Source: Moniliella sp. 'wahieum' (lineage: Eukaryota). Taken from it: a DNA stretch of 64,000 nt. This document shows positions 26,277-39,414 of this stretch, piece after piece. Within the stretch, counting starts at the first letter, position 1, and every line of letters starts with the position of its first letter. The DNA is taken from assembly GCA_003971905.1 (NCBI GenBank), contig RSEE01000094.1, positions 1 to 64,000 of the forward strand, in the 5' to 3' direction. The position numbers and the translations under genes were made by a program. Under the pieces are notes generated by a model. That model did not search any database. It saw only the letters and a list, made by a program, of their open reading frames with translations, and had not been told where the DNA came from.

Positions 26277-27157
26277 ATGACCGACCACCGTGCCGTTCTC
26301 CCCTCCAACGCTGAGGCCCAGGCGCACGCCGAAGCCAGCCTGCACGCCTCGTCCCCGTCTCCTCCTCCGCAGCAGGGCGACGCGCCCGACGGCGGTGCTC
26401 ACCCCCCCTCCTCCCGCGAGGCGGAGCCTGAGGAAGAGGAGAGTGACCTGGACGACGATGCGCTTCTGGATGAGCTGGACAGTGGCGCGGGTGGATTCAA
26501 TATGGAAGCGTTCCGGGAAGCGAGGATGGCGGAGATTCGATCGGATGCGGCGCGTCGTGCGACCGAAGCGGAGCGGGACGCGCGGGCAGCGCCCGGCGGC
26601 GGGAACGCCAACTACCGCGGTCGCTACACGGAAATCAAGACGGAGAAAGAGCTGCTCCATCTCTCTTCATCCGAACCCAACTGTATCATTCACTTTGCCC
26701 ATCCGGACTTTAAGCGCTGTGCGCTGATGGACCGGCATCTCGAGGTGCGTGCCCCCCCCCTTGCTCTGTTCCTGTCCCCTGTCTTGCGGAGAGGCTGCAC
26801 ATGCTAACAGCTGGCTGGCTTGTGCAGCGTCTGGCGCCGCGGTACCCGACCGTTTCGTTTTTGAAGATTATGGTGGAGAATGCGCCGTTTTTGGTGGACC
26901 GGCTCAAGGTGCAAGTGTTGCCGGCCGTGTTTGGGTTTGTCAATGGCGTATCGAGGGACAAGTTGATTGGGTTTGAAGCGTTGGGCAACAACGATGCGTT
27001 TACCACCTCGACACTGGAGATTCGGTTGCAATCGTCTGGCGTCTTGCCCAAGCCAGAGCCCAAGCCGATCTTTGGCGCGGCGGGCAACGCGGTCAACCCA
27101 GGCAAGACCATCCGCGGGCGGCAAGAAGATAGCGATGACGATCTGGATTGGGATTAG
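26277..27157 (+). CDS. PLP1: Phosducin-like thioredoxin-fold protein (Plp1/TXNDC9 type)
   Basis: FREARMAEI, CIIHFAHPDFKRCALMDRHLE, VENAPFLVDRLKVQVLP, LIGFEALGNNDAFTT, acidic tail; intron ~26744-26827. Confidence 0.9.
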
Positions 27158-27245
27158 TCTAACCAACCAACCCCCCGGCCTACCTCGGAATGGATTGTTG
27201 ACTCGATGCTATTCGGGCACTATGGTGCATATGGGTCCCCATAAT

Positions 27246-28420
27246 TTAACTTCGTTGGCGAAGCTGCGCGTCGACATTGGCAGCAGGTGTGGGGAGCGAC
27301 GATGTCGTCTTACCCACTGGTGAAGCTTGGTTGGTGGGCATGTTGGTCTCGGTTGGTTTCTTTGCTGGGTGGGACGGAACGTTGCGATAGGTGGGAGAGC
27401 TGGCATGAGCGTAGCCCACCGTACCGGCCAGCACCATCGCTGTGCCTGTCCATAGGTAAGCTGGGTTGGGTACCTCGGCGCCGCGTGCGCGCGCCCAAGC
27501 AATCGACACGGCCAAGGAAGCAGCCTTGCGTACGGCCAAGGTGAGGGTAACCCCCACCGAGCTGACCCGCGTGGTGAGCCGATTGACACCGGCAATGCAT
27601 ACAATCTGTGTCAGCGCATTGGCCAAGAGGGGGAGACCAAAGGCCGGGGTGGTGCGAGCCTCGTGGACCTGTTGGACAAGGGAGCTGCCAAAGAGTAGGA
27701 AGAGGGGAAGGGAGAGAGAGTGGGTGTAGAACAGCGATTCCTTCCAGGATGCCTTGCCGTACTTTTTGAAGGTGCCTTCTTGCCACAGCCCCATGAAACC
27801 GCTGACGACCAGACTGAGCAGAAGCAGGCTAATGCCAATCAGGTACTGGGCATACATCTCCTTGGAGACACTTAGGCCGTTGTCTCCCTTGCTGCCAGCA
27901 GCAAGCGTGGAGAGGGTTACCCCGCCAGTGACGAGAGCAGAACCGAAATGACTTGAAGGAGATTGTATCTGGGAGGAGGTGGGTGGGGGTCAGGACTCAG
28001 GACCGGGGATGGGGAGCAAGAAAGGGGGGAACACGAACTTTTTCCGGGCAATAGCCCAGCCCAATACCATGTTGACCACCAGGCCACCGGAGCGGAAGAT
28101 GATGTGGACCGACATGGGGACGTGGAAGGCAAACGCGACATTGTTGAGCAAGTTGGTGGTGAAGAAGAGAGCGACTTGGATGCCCCAGCGCTGGAGCGGA
28201 ACGACGGGCGGCACAAAGCGCGGCAGCCAGGAGCCGCTGGGCCGGGCAAGCTGGGGGGAGGAAGCAGAGAGTGACGGCGAGAAAGCCCATGGCCGTGACG
28301 AGGGTGCCGCTGGGGGAGGAGGACGGTGCACTGCTCGAGGGCGACGGCATTGGCCATGCAGCCGCCAAAGATGAGCGACATGGTGGTCGTCATGTCGGCC
28401 AGCTCGAGCGAGGGGAGCAT
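27246..28420 (-). CDS. YEA4: UDP-GlcNAc/UDP-xylose transporter (UAA family, Yea4/SLC35B4-like)
   Basis: SLIFGGC, LNNVAFAFHVPMSVHIIFRSGGL, WKESLFYTHSLSLP, TQIVCIAGVNRL, VRKAASLAVS. Confidence 0.9.
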
Positions 28421-29677
28421 GGCGGGGGGGGATGGGGGCACGAAGAGAGTTGCTGTCGTCCACGGAAGGCACACCGGCGGCGAGCGCAGCAGGGATGCCT
28501 AGAAGATAGCCGCACGTCTCGCCGCGTCTTCGGCCGGAAGCCAGCCCACGCGGGGCACCAAGCAGTGTTGAACTGTTCAACGTTCATGCAGCCCTGTGGC
28601 CGCTTGGATTGCTGGCTGGAGAAGATTAGGGTTGCACGTCGGCTGGGCATCCAGTGCTAGGGTTGCCCTCCCGCCCTGGCCAAATATAGACTCCAACCGG
28701 AGGGTAGGACTGAGAGCGGCAGAGCTCTCGCTGACCTTCCCGCTCATCTACACCGCCGTCCCTCTGATCCCCGCTCTGATTCGACCGCCTGTTCGGTACT
28801 CTCCAAGTTGGTATGACGCCTAGTAGAGGGCACAGAGGACGGCGCTTTGTGTATGGATCGTACGAAGGCTATATACGTGTGTGGCACGACGATGGTGTGC
28901 TAACCGTTCGGCCACTCATCACGGAACTGGATCTAAGCAGTCCAAACACACTCTATTAAAAAACGTGTCCTTCAGGATCAATGATCGAACGTGTAAGAAC
29001 CAAACGGAGAACCATTCACGTCCGGTAGTACGATATAGCTTGGCTGCTCTGGGCTCCCAGTTCCACTTTCTTCGTCGCGAGTGTCTCGCTCCTTCCCTGC
29101 TCTTCCGCTTCACACCCCATGTCCTCTGCTCTTGCTTCTTCCCCACGAACAATTGCTACATCCCTTGGCCTAGTTCCGATTCTGGTCTCCCTCTTCTTAG
29201 CCCCGACTGTGACAGTCCTCGCCTTACTATATCGATCGCTTCACTCCTCCCTCTCCGACTGCTCCCACTTGCGGGAGCCGCGCAGCGTAGAAGAATGGTA
29301 AAGTCACTCATACTGGGCCTTGCCCCCTTATTCCCTCGGGGTATACGGGCAGCAGTAACTAGTAACTAGTAACTAGGCACTAGCATCAGAGTAAAGTACC
29401 TCGGGTGACCGGTGATCGATGATCCGGGATCTGAATCGATGATCGAGTGATCTGGGCTTGCGCCCAGGGCGGAATTGCGCAGGGAACGCGTCATGATGCA
29501 TGATGCATGATGGATGATACCGGACGCCGGATGGATGACGTGCATGACACACCCCGCCCCCTTAAGAAACGCCAGGGCTGGGCTCGTCGGTGCGCTCTGC
29601 GCTCTGTGCTCGCCGCTACCAACGCCTCCCCGGTCCCCCCCCCCGCGCTTTGCCTTGGTGCCTTGGCCCATTCCCCC

Positions 29678-30611
29678 ATGTCTGCTGCCAGTCTCCGGCC
29701 TGCGCACGACGCACTGATCCACGCATTCGACACTTATGCCCCCGGCTCCGACCCGGCCCCGATTCGTGCCCAGCTGACCAAGCTCAAGATTGGCCTGACC
29801 CAGGCGGGGCTCTTGCTGCCCGCGTTTACGCCTCCACCGACGGCAGCGGGCCCGGACGCAGCGTCGGGCCACGTCGCGTTGCCTGCCGATGTCGACTCGC
29901 TGGTGTTGGCGCGCGACGTGCTGGAGGTGGGTGCGTTCTTCAGTGTGCGCATCAAGGACGTCAAAGCATTTGACCGCTACATGGCGCTGCTGGCAGTGTA
30001 CTACAACGACTATGCACCGCAGTTGCCCGTGTCGACGAACCATGAACCGTTGTTGGGCCTCCAGCTGCTCCGTCTCTTGTCGTCGAACGAGATTGCTGCG
30101 TTCCACACGGCCTTGGAAGCGATCCCCACCGAGTTGGTCCAGCAATCCTCCTATCTCCGCCACCCGGTCGACTTGGAGCGATGGTTGATGGAAGGCTCGT
30201 ACTCCAAGGTGGGCGTGCGCAGCGCGAGGCGCCCCGCCCAGAACATCGTTTCTTTATCGACAATCTCTTGGGTACCATCCGGCATGAAATTGCGTCGTGC
30301 GAGGAAAAGGCGTACGATTCGTTGCCACTGCAAGATGCGGCGGTATTGTTGTTTTTTGATAAGGTGGAGGACATTATGGCGTTTGCCAAGGAGGTACGTT
30401 TGTTCTTCCCATGTGCTGTGGGCCTGATTCGAGCGGGTACTGACGCAGGTGGTTGTGGGGGGCCCCCTTGTAGCGTGGCTGGTCCATCAACCCGTCGACC
30501 CAGACCATCCACTTTGCCCAGACGAGGGACGATGTCGCCAAGACTGTTCCGCGCAAGAACACCATTGCGCTCAACTTGCAGTTTGCCAAGGAGCTGGAGA
30601 CGATCGTATAA
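29678..30611 (+). CDS. RPN12: 26S proteasome lid subunit Rpn12
   Basis: ARDVLEVGAFFSV, LLRLLSSNEIAAFHTALE, HPVDLERWLMEGSYSKV, IRHEIASCEEKAYDSLP, terminal FAKELETIV*; intron ~30394-30473. Confidence 0.95.
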
Positions 30612-31160
30612 CGCGGCAAACCCATCTCGTGGCATCCTATGTACTCTTCGTATGAGGGCCACGTAGCATTAGATCGGCTCCCTCATGGCGGACATGCGGG
30701 CGGAAGGAGAGAGACAGGAGGCTGCATGTGCGTTGCATGACGGAACAGGGGGAGATTCGCTTGACGGTTGATGGGTACAATGCTAGTCGTGGAGAGAGTC
30801 GAGTAGCATGGGCATGGGCATTCTACCCTTCAGCACCTGGGCGAATCGACTGGATGCTCGAGGGTGTCTGTCCGAGCGAGGGCGGGGGCGGGCAGGTGCC
30901 AGGAGGTGTCCGCCGGGACAGGCATCAGCAAGTGGCTCATCACATGTGATGTGATGTGATGGCCAGCCGCACATGAGCTGAGGTGCGAGGCAGGCCGACG
31001 CACGGAGGCGCTGAGGCAGCCAGGCCCAGCTGGGAGGCGTGGGATGACGTAAGCGGTTCGCGTAGTTTCTAGCCGACGTGTTTCGGGCGAAGGATCATAT
31101 GGGCTGCTGTCTTTTCTGCTGCCGACAAGGTCGCCCCCCACCACCACCAACGCCTCAGGC

Positions 31161-34107
31161 ATGCGTCGCCCCCGCTTCTCGTCGCCGCTCAAAACGGTGG
31201 TTCGCCGTGCGCGCTCGCAGCGCAAAACCATCTCCGCATCCACCTCCGATGTCGAGGATGCGCTCGACACGCACGACAGCCCTGCCTCCCCCGCCTCGCA
31301 ACGGGCCAACCCCACTCCCGCTGCCCGCCTCAGCGACGGCTCAACCTCTTTGCCGACATTGAACCCAACCCACTCCAAGGAGTCACGCCCGACACGCTTC
31401 AGGCCATGCCCCGGCGCGAACTTACGGCGCTGTGCAAACGCCTGGGCCTCAAGGCGGGCGGGAAGAACGTGGCGCTGATTGCGCGCATTGAGTCCATGCT
31501 GCCCCCGCCCCCCTCGCGCTGCCCTAGTGCGCTAGACCGATCTGCTTCTTCCCTTGCAAGTGAAGTATCGCAAGCCAGCGCACCTGCCTCCCCATCTGTT
31601 CACGCCACTCCCGAGCCCTCAAATTTCGACTCAACTTTCAACCCTTCCAAAGCGGAGCGTTCCACTATTCATCCAATGTGGCAGTGAACACGAGGATGAG
31701 TCGGATGAGTCTGCCGATCCCAACGATTCCCAATCCGTCTCCTTCGCCTATAGTCACCACAGCGGCGCAAACGGGGATGTGGCTGAGCCGACTGCCCCTC
31801 TGGATTCCGCCCGTCCCCACACCTCCCCGTCTTCTGCATCGTCCCCGTCTTCTGCCTCAATGGTGATGGAAAAGGTCGCCTCGAGTGATGGAGGTGATGC
31901 CGAGATCATGGATGACAACCAAGATGAGCCATCTGATTCCAACGCAACCGTGGAAAGCGCCCAGAACGAGCCTCAGTTTCCTTCCTTCACGAAGGAGGAC
32001 ACACCTCATTGAGCCCCAAGACCCAGTGGACCCGACGGAACCCGTGCCCACCACTTCTCTCACATCTCGACCCGCAGCGGAGGAGATAACCACTCCTACG
32101 GAAGAGTTGGGGCACGCGGATGAAGACGGACCAATGCAACAAGACGACGAGCCCAAGTCGGAACAACTGGTCATGCCAGACGGTATGCTTGCCTCACCTC
32201 AGTGCGTTGACACACATCTGGGTCCGATTCCGTATCACCTCCAGCCCAAGACGCACACGCGACCACGTTGGATGTGCACACACCGATTGATCGCGTGAAG
32301 ACTTTGCTCTTCTCTAAGATCGCGGGCCCTTGCTGTCTCCGTCCCATCATCCTGCCCCCCCAAGAAGTCAAAGCGAACCAGTATCCGCACATCTCGCCCG
32401 AGGCCGTCTATGCCTGGCGGCTGGTCCTTTGCACCCTTGGTAGCCAAATCGGTGGGAGCAGGACAAAAGGCATCAGCCGATGAGCAGCAAACTGTGTCAC
32501 CCAGCCTGAAACGCCTGGCACCAAGGATGAAGCAATCGAGGGTGTGGCGTCTTCGCCTCCCCAGGCGCAAATTACCGAAGGAACAGGATCGCCCGCCCAA
32601 GTTCCTTCCAAGTCGGAGGAAAAAGTGGCAATGGATGTAAGCGATATTGCGCCGCCCAAGCAACGGTCCCCACTACGAGCAACTCCACGTTTAGCCAGGT
32701 GACGGCTAAACTGATGGACGAGTTGCACGCTCGCCTCGCCCGTGCAAGTCCCTCGTCCCGCCTGGCTAAGAGAGAGGGACACGATTCGTCACTCTCGAGG
32801 GAGGGAGTGGCTGCACCACTTTACCCTTCCATCCCCCCCGGGCGCAAGCTCACAGCTAGCACAGGAGCGCCGCTGATCCACGCGGGCTGGACCGCGCCTG
32901 CCCCAAAAGAAGGCAGTGTCAGCGCCAAATTTGCCGCGGCCCACGAGGCTCAATTTGGCAAGATGACCAGCATCACCGACACCGTCCGTCGGCCCACTGG
33001 TCATCCCGCTGCGGGACTGAAACGGACGCGGTCCGCAGCCTCGTTGGCCAGTGCCCGCACCGTGTCCGCATCGAGCACCAGCGAATCGAGTGACCGTCGT
33101 CCCGCCAAACGCTCTCGCCCTACCGTCACTCAGACCCGTGCTGCCACTTCCTCGGTGCCCCCCTCCCAGCCCTCCACTAGCTCTGCACCGCTCAACCGCC
33201 CAACTGCTCGTTCCCGCTTTTCCAATTTGATGACTGGGGCCCGAAGCGTGGCCAAGAAGACTCTGCCCGCTCGTCCCACACGTGCCGAGCTGTTGCGCAC
33301 GCAAGCTGTCGCCCAGCGAGCTAGTACGCGGAGCGCCAGTACCACCCCCCCCTCTCTCTTCGTGCCAGACCGTCCTCATCCAGTATAAAATCGGTTCGAA
33401 CGATGGACAAGCACACGCCCGCCACCTCTGCGCAGGACGGGGGGCCCCAGCGGCAGGTGGACCGAGTACGAAATTGCTCCCCACCGCCGTGGAGAAGGCG
33501 GCAGGGAAAGGGATGGGGACGGGGGGGACGGGGACGGGGAGGGGACGGGGACGGCGGCCGGATCGTGCGCCCCGTGGCGCGCAACCAGGCAAGCCGGCAC
33601 CTGTGGGAATGCCGGACCGTCACATGGCACTCTGCTTTTGCTCCCGTCCGTACGGGGGGCCAGAGTGATCAAACCGATCCCCAAGCGGACCGCGGCCAGC
33701 ACCAAAGCTCCCCCTCCCCTTTCCCAACAGGTTGGCGCGGCCCAACCCCGGTCCACACTGAGCTCAGCACCGCAGAAGATCAATGTCCCTGTCGCAGAAC
33801 GGCGGGCGGGTGCGCGGCCCGGCGGAGTGCCAAATCGAGACCAGCTACGGGAGGCCCTGGCAAAGGTGCCCAGGCCAAAACTTCTTCCAAACCGACCAAA
33901 CTCATGCCGGGCAGCGCCAAGAGCCGTAGCAGCTCGAGCCGATTGATCGGGCGGGCCGGCGCACGCTCGACCGTGGTGGAGGAGGCTAAGGTCGCTGCGC
34001 GCCGGAACGAGCTGGCTGCGCGCGCCAAGGCGCGCTGGGAGGCCAAGAAGGCTAGTGCGGGCGCGGGGATCGGTGAATCCGATCGTGTATACCATCATGA
34101 ACGTTGA
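31161..34107 (+). CDS. SAP-domain, Ser/Pro/Arg-rich hypothetical protein (multiple frameshifts)
   Basis: MPRRELTALCKRLGLKAGGKNVALIARI matches the SAP fold pattern; contiguous low-complexity coding blocks including KFAAAHEAQFGKMTSI. Confidence 0.6.
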
Positions 34108-35422
34108 ACCTCATGGGCACGGCGAGTGCGGCGAGAAGGTGAGTGCTGCGGTATGGTGTGCTGGGTGCAAGATGGCGCGGTGCTAGGGTGAGCCGCTTTG
34201 GTTTCTTCAATTGTTTGTCTTCTTTTTTGGGGGGGGGTTGGTGCCAACGTTCTGTTGCATGGTTCCATGGCAGAAGCCGAACAGGTTGGTCCGACTCTCG
34301 TTTCCATTCCATTCCATGTTATGTTATGTTATGTTGTTCGTACCCATATCCATGCAAGACGGCTCCGAGTCGGACGGACGACCGGCTCGGTCGCAACCGA
34401 GAGTGGGTGGTCGTAGTTCATCAAGTGTGTGTGTGTAGTGTGTAGTAGTAATGCGCCGTACTGAAGTCGCATAGAACTTAGACGGAGTCGTAGGATCCGG
34501 CACAGCGGCTTCTCGAGTGCCAAGTATACATACCAGCTGCCCCCGCAAGTTGAATTCGTATGCTCGTCCGTTCCGGCCCTTCGCTCACCGGCGCCGAAAA
34601 GGGTGGCGAGAGGGGGCGGGAGTTGGACTGCACCCCGACGGACGCAATGGGAAACTGTTGGCCTGAAGTTTGAAGGGCTGCTAGTGCAGCTACTCAACAG
34701 GGTAGTCGAACTACCGCATTTCGTGATGGGTCGTAGGTTCCTGCGGGGGAGCCCATGCGATCTTGACACTAGTTTCCCTTGGCGCGGCACGGCAAATTTA
34801 CCGCTCCCACGAGATATGTTGGGGTGCTAGATCGACTGTCGTTCGGTGCTGTCGGTGTCAGTATGTTTGGACGCGTGACTATTATAGTGACTTGACTTCG
34901 GTATGACTTGGCACGCAGAACGCATGGGCTTTTGAAGTAGGGGTATAGGTCCCGTCCAGGTTCCGCATATGGGCCGTCTGCGGTGCCAGTCTGGGTATCT
35001 ATCCGACGGGCCATGACATGTGACATTTGACAGTGCCACCAAGCATCGCCCCAACCAAATTACGGTCCCGGTTCGCTGCTGAATCGCTTGCTGTAGCCTT
35101 TCTCTAACAGGAACGCATGAGCCGTCATCTGTAGTTCACACAAATGGAGAGCAGGCGCACGCACGTTATAGATATGCAAAGTGGGTATGTATCATGTTGA
35201 GGGCTAGGGGGCAATGCCAACACCGCAGTCACGAGCGCAAAGCCGGGGGAGGATCCGGGGGGGGGGGGGGGAAGCGTTTGTAAACAGAAAGCAGAAGATG
35301 AGACTTTTTCCCCCTCTGGATGGATCAACGAAGACACGCGGAACAAGAAGAGGGCCGGGTGGCGAATGCCCCCCGGGCGTTTTTGTTGAGCTCTTGATTC
35401 GCCTATCAAGCTGTAGCAACCA

Positions 35423-35890
35423 CTAGCCTTCAAATATGGCCAACCAACTGGAAGGAATCCAAGAAGCAGCAGGGAAGAGCTGCTTCATCCTCCAAAAGGA
35501 GGCACTCCAGCCATACAGGTGCCAGCGGGTGAACACTAGGTGGTAAGGCGGGGCCGGAGGGGGGGGTAGCAATGGAGAAGTGGGGGATCAAACGGTCGTT
35601 TGGATCAGCCTCTAGCCACCCACGGCACACGAGCAAGTCCAAGACGCAACCAACGTACCATAGTAGCCAAACCGGCGTCCCACAAACTTGCCCGCATAGG
35701 GCAGCAGGACAGTCTGGATCACAGTTTGGAACTGCCGAACGGATGCATCCCACTCCTGCTCCAGCAGCGCTCTTCCTCCTCCGAGTCGTAGTACTCTGAA
35801 TCCCGATCGCTGCTGACCAAACTGGCAGCTGAGCGGTCAGCGCGGTCGGAAGCGGCGGGCTGCCCTGGGTCCCCCGCACTTGCCCTGCAT
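35423..35890 (-). CDS. MIM2: Mitochondrial import protein Mim2 (not captured as one ORF in the track)
   Basis: Acidic [11 protein letters not shown], then [36 protein letters not shown], a GTACGT..CTAG intron, then [12 protein letters not shown]. Confidence 0.82.
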
Positions 35891-35928
35891 GGCTGGGATG
35901 GTGGATCGCAACGCATCCGCCTGGCCAT

Positions 35929-36056
35929 GGGTGGATGGGTGGACGAGTGGACGAGTGGACGAATGGATGGGTGGATGGATGGATGAGTGGATGGGTGGAC
36001 GAGTGGATGGATGGGTGGACGAGTGGATGGATGGGTGGAAGGGTGGGTTGGTGGGT
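35929..36056. repeat. Degenerate (TGGA/TGGG) microsatellite upstream of MIM2
   Basis: GGTGGATG / AGTGGACG units repeated over ~125 bp. Confidence 0.85.
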
Positions 36057-36902
36057 AGATGGCTGATCCCCTGTCAGCTGCTACTCGGTGCTCTCTGGGG
36101 TCCTATTACTTGGCTCCACACAGCGCCCTCCGGCCTCCTCGGCGCAGTGTGGGGCAATTCATTCAGCCGCACCGAGCAGGTGTGGGAACCAAGTGGGAAT
36201 GGCTCTGTCAAATGTCACATTTCAAACGCTGCTACGCTGATTAACGATTGGCAATCAATCATCGTCATCGATCATCGATCATCCACCATCGACCGCATCC
36301 AATATCCACACCGCCAAAGCTGCTGCCTGTTCTGAGCTCTGAGATACCACCCTCTCACGCTCCAAGTCCATGGGTGCGGGGGACGACTAGCGACCGCCAA
36401 GGACCACCAGGGACGACTGCCCTGGCCAAAACCCATGCACATTGGTAGTACTGCGGTTGGCCTGCCAGCTTGGCGCTGCAAGGCAAGCGTGATACAGAGA
36501 AACGAATGGTGAGCGCTCAGGCTGAGCGACAGGCAGCTCCCAGCACGCCACACCCAGCTTTTAAGACAGGCGGGTACCCCCGGCTCCCATCGGCGCAGTA
36601 GCCGTTTGGAAACAGGACGGGGAACGAGGAACGAGGGAGGAAGAACGAGGGAAAGGGGGCAAGGGAAGAGGTATGTGGGAGGAAGACGCATGGGGTGGTC
36701 CAATAACGTGTGACATGTAACAAGCATGCGAGACGCCGACCAGCGAGACTCGGTCGGGGCGAGTGCGGCCAGGAAAGGAGAGTAGTCGGGAGCAAAGAGG
36801 GTGGGGGCAGTACCAAAGTTCACGACGGGAAAGGGAGCATGATCAGCGAACGCAGCGAACACGGCGAACGCCAACGCAGCCCACGAGCGAGAGGGGAGAC
36901 GT

Positions 36903-38477
36903 TTATTTCCTCCTGCGATACTTGGCCATTTCCTTCTTGAGCGCCTGGGCGTCCAGCGGTTTCAGCAGCTCAAACGCACACAGCAGGTCGGCCGAGACGG
37001 ACATGACGGCGCCAAAATTATCAAACTCGCCGCAATAATTGGGGGCGGAGAAGATGGTGACCAGGGTACGGTCGTTCCAGAATTCGTACCCATCCTCCAC
37101 CACCATGTGAGCGCGCGCTAGCAGATCGAAATCGTACTGGGCCAAGAATTGGGCAATGATCGACTTGCCAAAACAATACGACACCCCTCGCTCATTGTCC
37201 TCCCAGTCCAACGCAGTGTCCGACGGATCGGACCAGAGGAGGTCGTTGAGCAATCCGTAGTCCGGAACATCGGTCGGCCGTTCAATCCGCCGAATGTCAT
37301 CCATGTCCGACAAGGAAGGCGACAGCCCCCCATGCACGCAAAATATTTTGGACGCGACCACCGCAGCAATTGGGAGAGTATTGAAAACATCGACAAAAGA
37401 TTTCCAGATTTTGATGTTGGCGCGGCGCTTGCATCATCGTAAAAACCGTATAGACTATGCACAGAGCCGGAATGTTCGTTAGTTTCGATCGATCGCTCGT
37501 TCTTTGGCACCAAGAATAGCAGCGGAGAACGTACCTCGGGTAACGTTGGCGCACTCATGGTTGCCACGAAGAAGGAAAAAGTTCTGGGTATTTAATCTTG
37601 TAGCACAGCAGGAGCAGGATTTTCCAAGCTTTGCTTGCCTCGGTCCACATAGTCGCCCAAGAAGAGATAGTTGGCCTGGGGGGGCCAGCCACACATGTTG
37701 AACATCCGGAGCAGGTCCTGGTACTGCCCATGCGTGTCACCGACAATCTTGACGGGGGGACTCAGTTCGATCAGCGCCGGCTGGGACAGGAACACTTCTC
37801 GTGCGCTTGGCACACCGCAACAATCTCATGATTCTTCAGCGCTGGCTTGGGCAATTTGCCCACACTCTGGTACCCCGACTCGACCAGACGCGCAATCAAT
37901 TCGTCAATGTCAAACGTTCGAATCGGGATGGTCGAAGCTGTGCTGGCTGCCGTGGGCAACGCCGCCTGCGGGCCCGCGTTGGACGAAGGCGTAGACGAGC
38001 CCATGCCATTGAGGGCTGGGCCTCCATTGGGTGTGAACGGACTGGAGCGGTTGCCACCGGGAGCAGAAGGACTGGGGGCCATCGGTTCCGCAGGAGAAGA
38101 GAGGAGAGGACTCTCATGCCTACCGGATCGAAGGCGGGACCCACCGCTTGAGGGCTGGGGAACCGGTATGGCCGCGGCCGCGCGCGAGGTGGAGTGCGGC
38201 AGCTGGGCCGGTGGGGGGGCGGGTGTAGCGGCAGAGGCAGGAGGAGAGGCAGAGTCGTGGTGGTGGTGGCGATGGCGATGGGCTGTGGTGGCGGTGCGGT
38301 GGATGGCTGCCACAGCACGGCCAGAGGCGGCGGACGGGGCGGGGAGGGGGCGCGGCAGCATCGGCTAGCTCCGCCTCGTCGGCGAGCGAGCGGGGCATCA
38401 TGCCTGCGTCGTCCGTCTTGAGTGGGGCGCTGCTTGCGCGAGGATGCGCCCATGCGCTTGCTCAGCGACTTGAACAT
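36903..38477 (-). CDS. PPZ1: Ser/Thr protein phosphatase, PPZ type
   Basis: Low-complexity N-terminus, [63 protein letters not shown]. Confidence 0.9.
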
Positions 38478-39414
38478 GCTGCGGCGTGCGTGCGTCGAGG
38501 ACGAGGACGAGGGCGGGGGCGAAGAGGGCGAGGACGAGGGCGAGGACGAAGGCAAGGACAAGGGCGAGGGGGGCCGCGGAAAGCGCGATGGAGTGGGTGC
38601 GTCTGCCACCTGCAATGAGAATGCACCAGCGTTGCCGACGGGGCATGAGCATGACCGGTGACGTGGTGACGCAGCGTGACGCGGCGTGACGCGTGACGCG
38701 GCCTAGGAGGTTGGGGCAGGTGGGTTACGTCAGCTTCCCGTTCGGGAACTGGCGGTGGCTGGGCGTCACATGTCACATGTGATATCACAGCGTCGCACAG
38801 AGGCGCAGAGAGGCGCAGCCTAAGGCCTACCGGGTGGAGTTCACAATATCGTTCGCCCACCGCCCAGCTCCTGCGCCCTTGCCGCGCAGACCCAGACTAG
38901 TGTGGCCAGGTGTGATGCATGTGATGTGCTGTGGTGCGGCTAACAAGCAAAGGTCCCTATTAGTATCTCTACCGACTACCCCTGACGCACCCCACCGCAC
39001 GGCACGCTTGTCCCCCCACGTGCGTGCTCCAAGGGCGAGATGAAAAGATAGATGACGAGCAGGGGGAGGCGGTGACAGCCGAGAAGGAACGGGGACCAGG
39101 TCGTCCCGGGACCGTCGATCCAAGCAGCAAAACGGAAGCAAAAGAGGGGGGAAAGGAAAGGGAAAAGGAAAAGGAAAAAGAAGAACAAAAGAAGAAAGGG
39201 TGCGAATGTGCGCCCCCCCCCGTCAACACACTGCACAAGAACCAAGGGCGGGGGGGGGGGGTGAAAGTAAAAGTGCGACAATCAGGGCCGTCGAATCAAT
39301 ATTCAATCCAACGGCCTTCGTGCGAGAAAAAAAGGGGTTAGGCAAGCGGAGAAAAGTGTCCATCCCATCCGCCTGCGCCTGCGCCTTGACCACGCCTTCG
39401 ACGCGCCCTCAATG

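Noticed and set aside
29119..29340. Hydrophobic 60-aa ORF followed by a GKVTHTG fragment, possibly a dehydrogenase relic
   Set aside because: Too short and too weak to assign without a search
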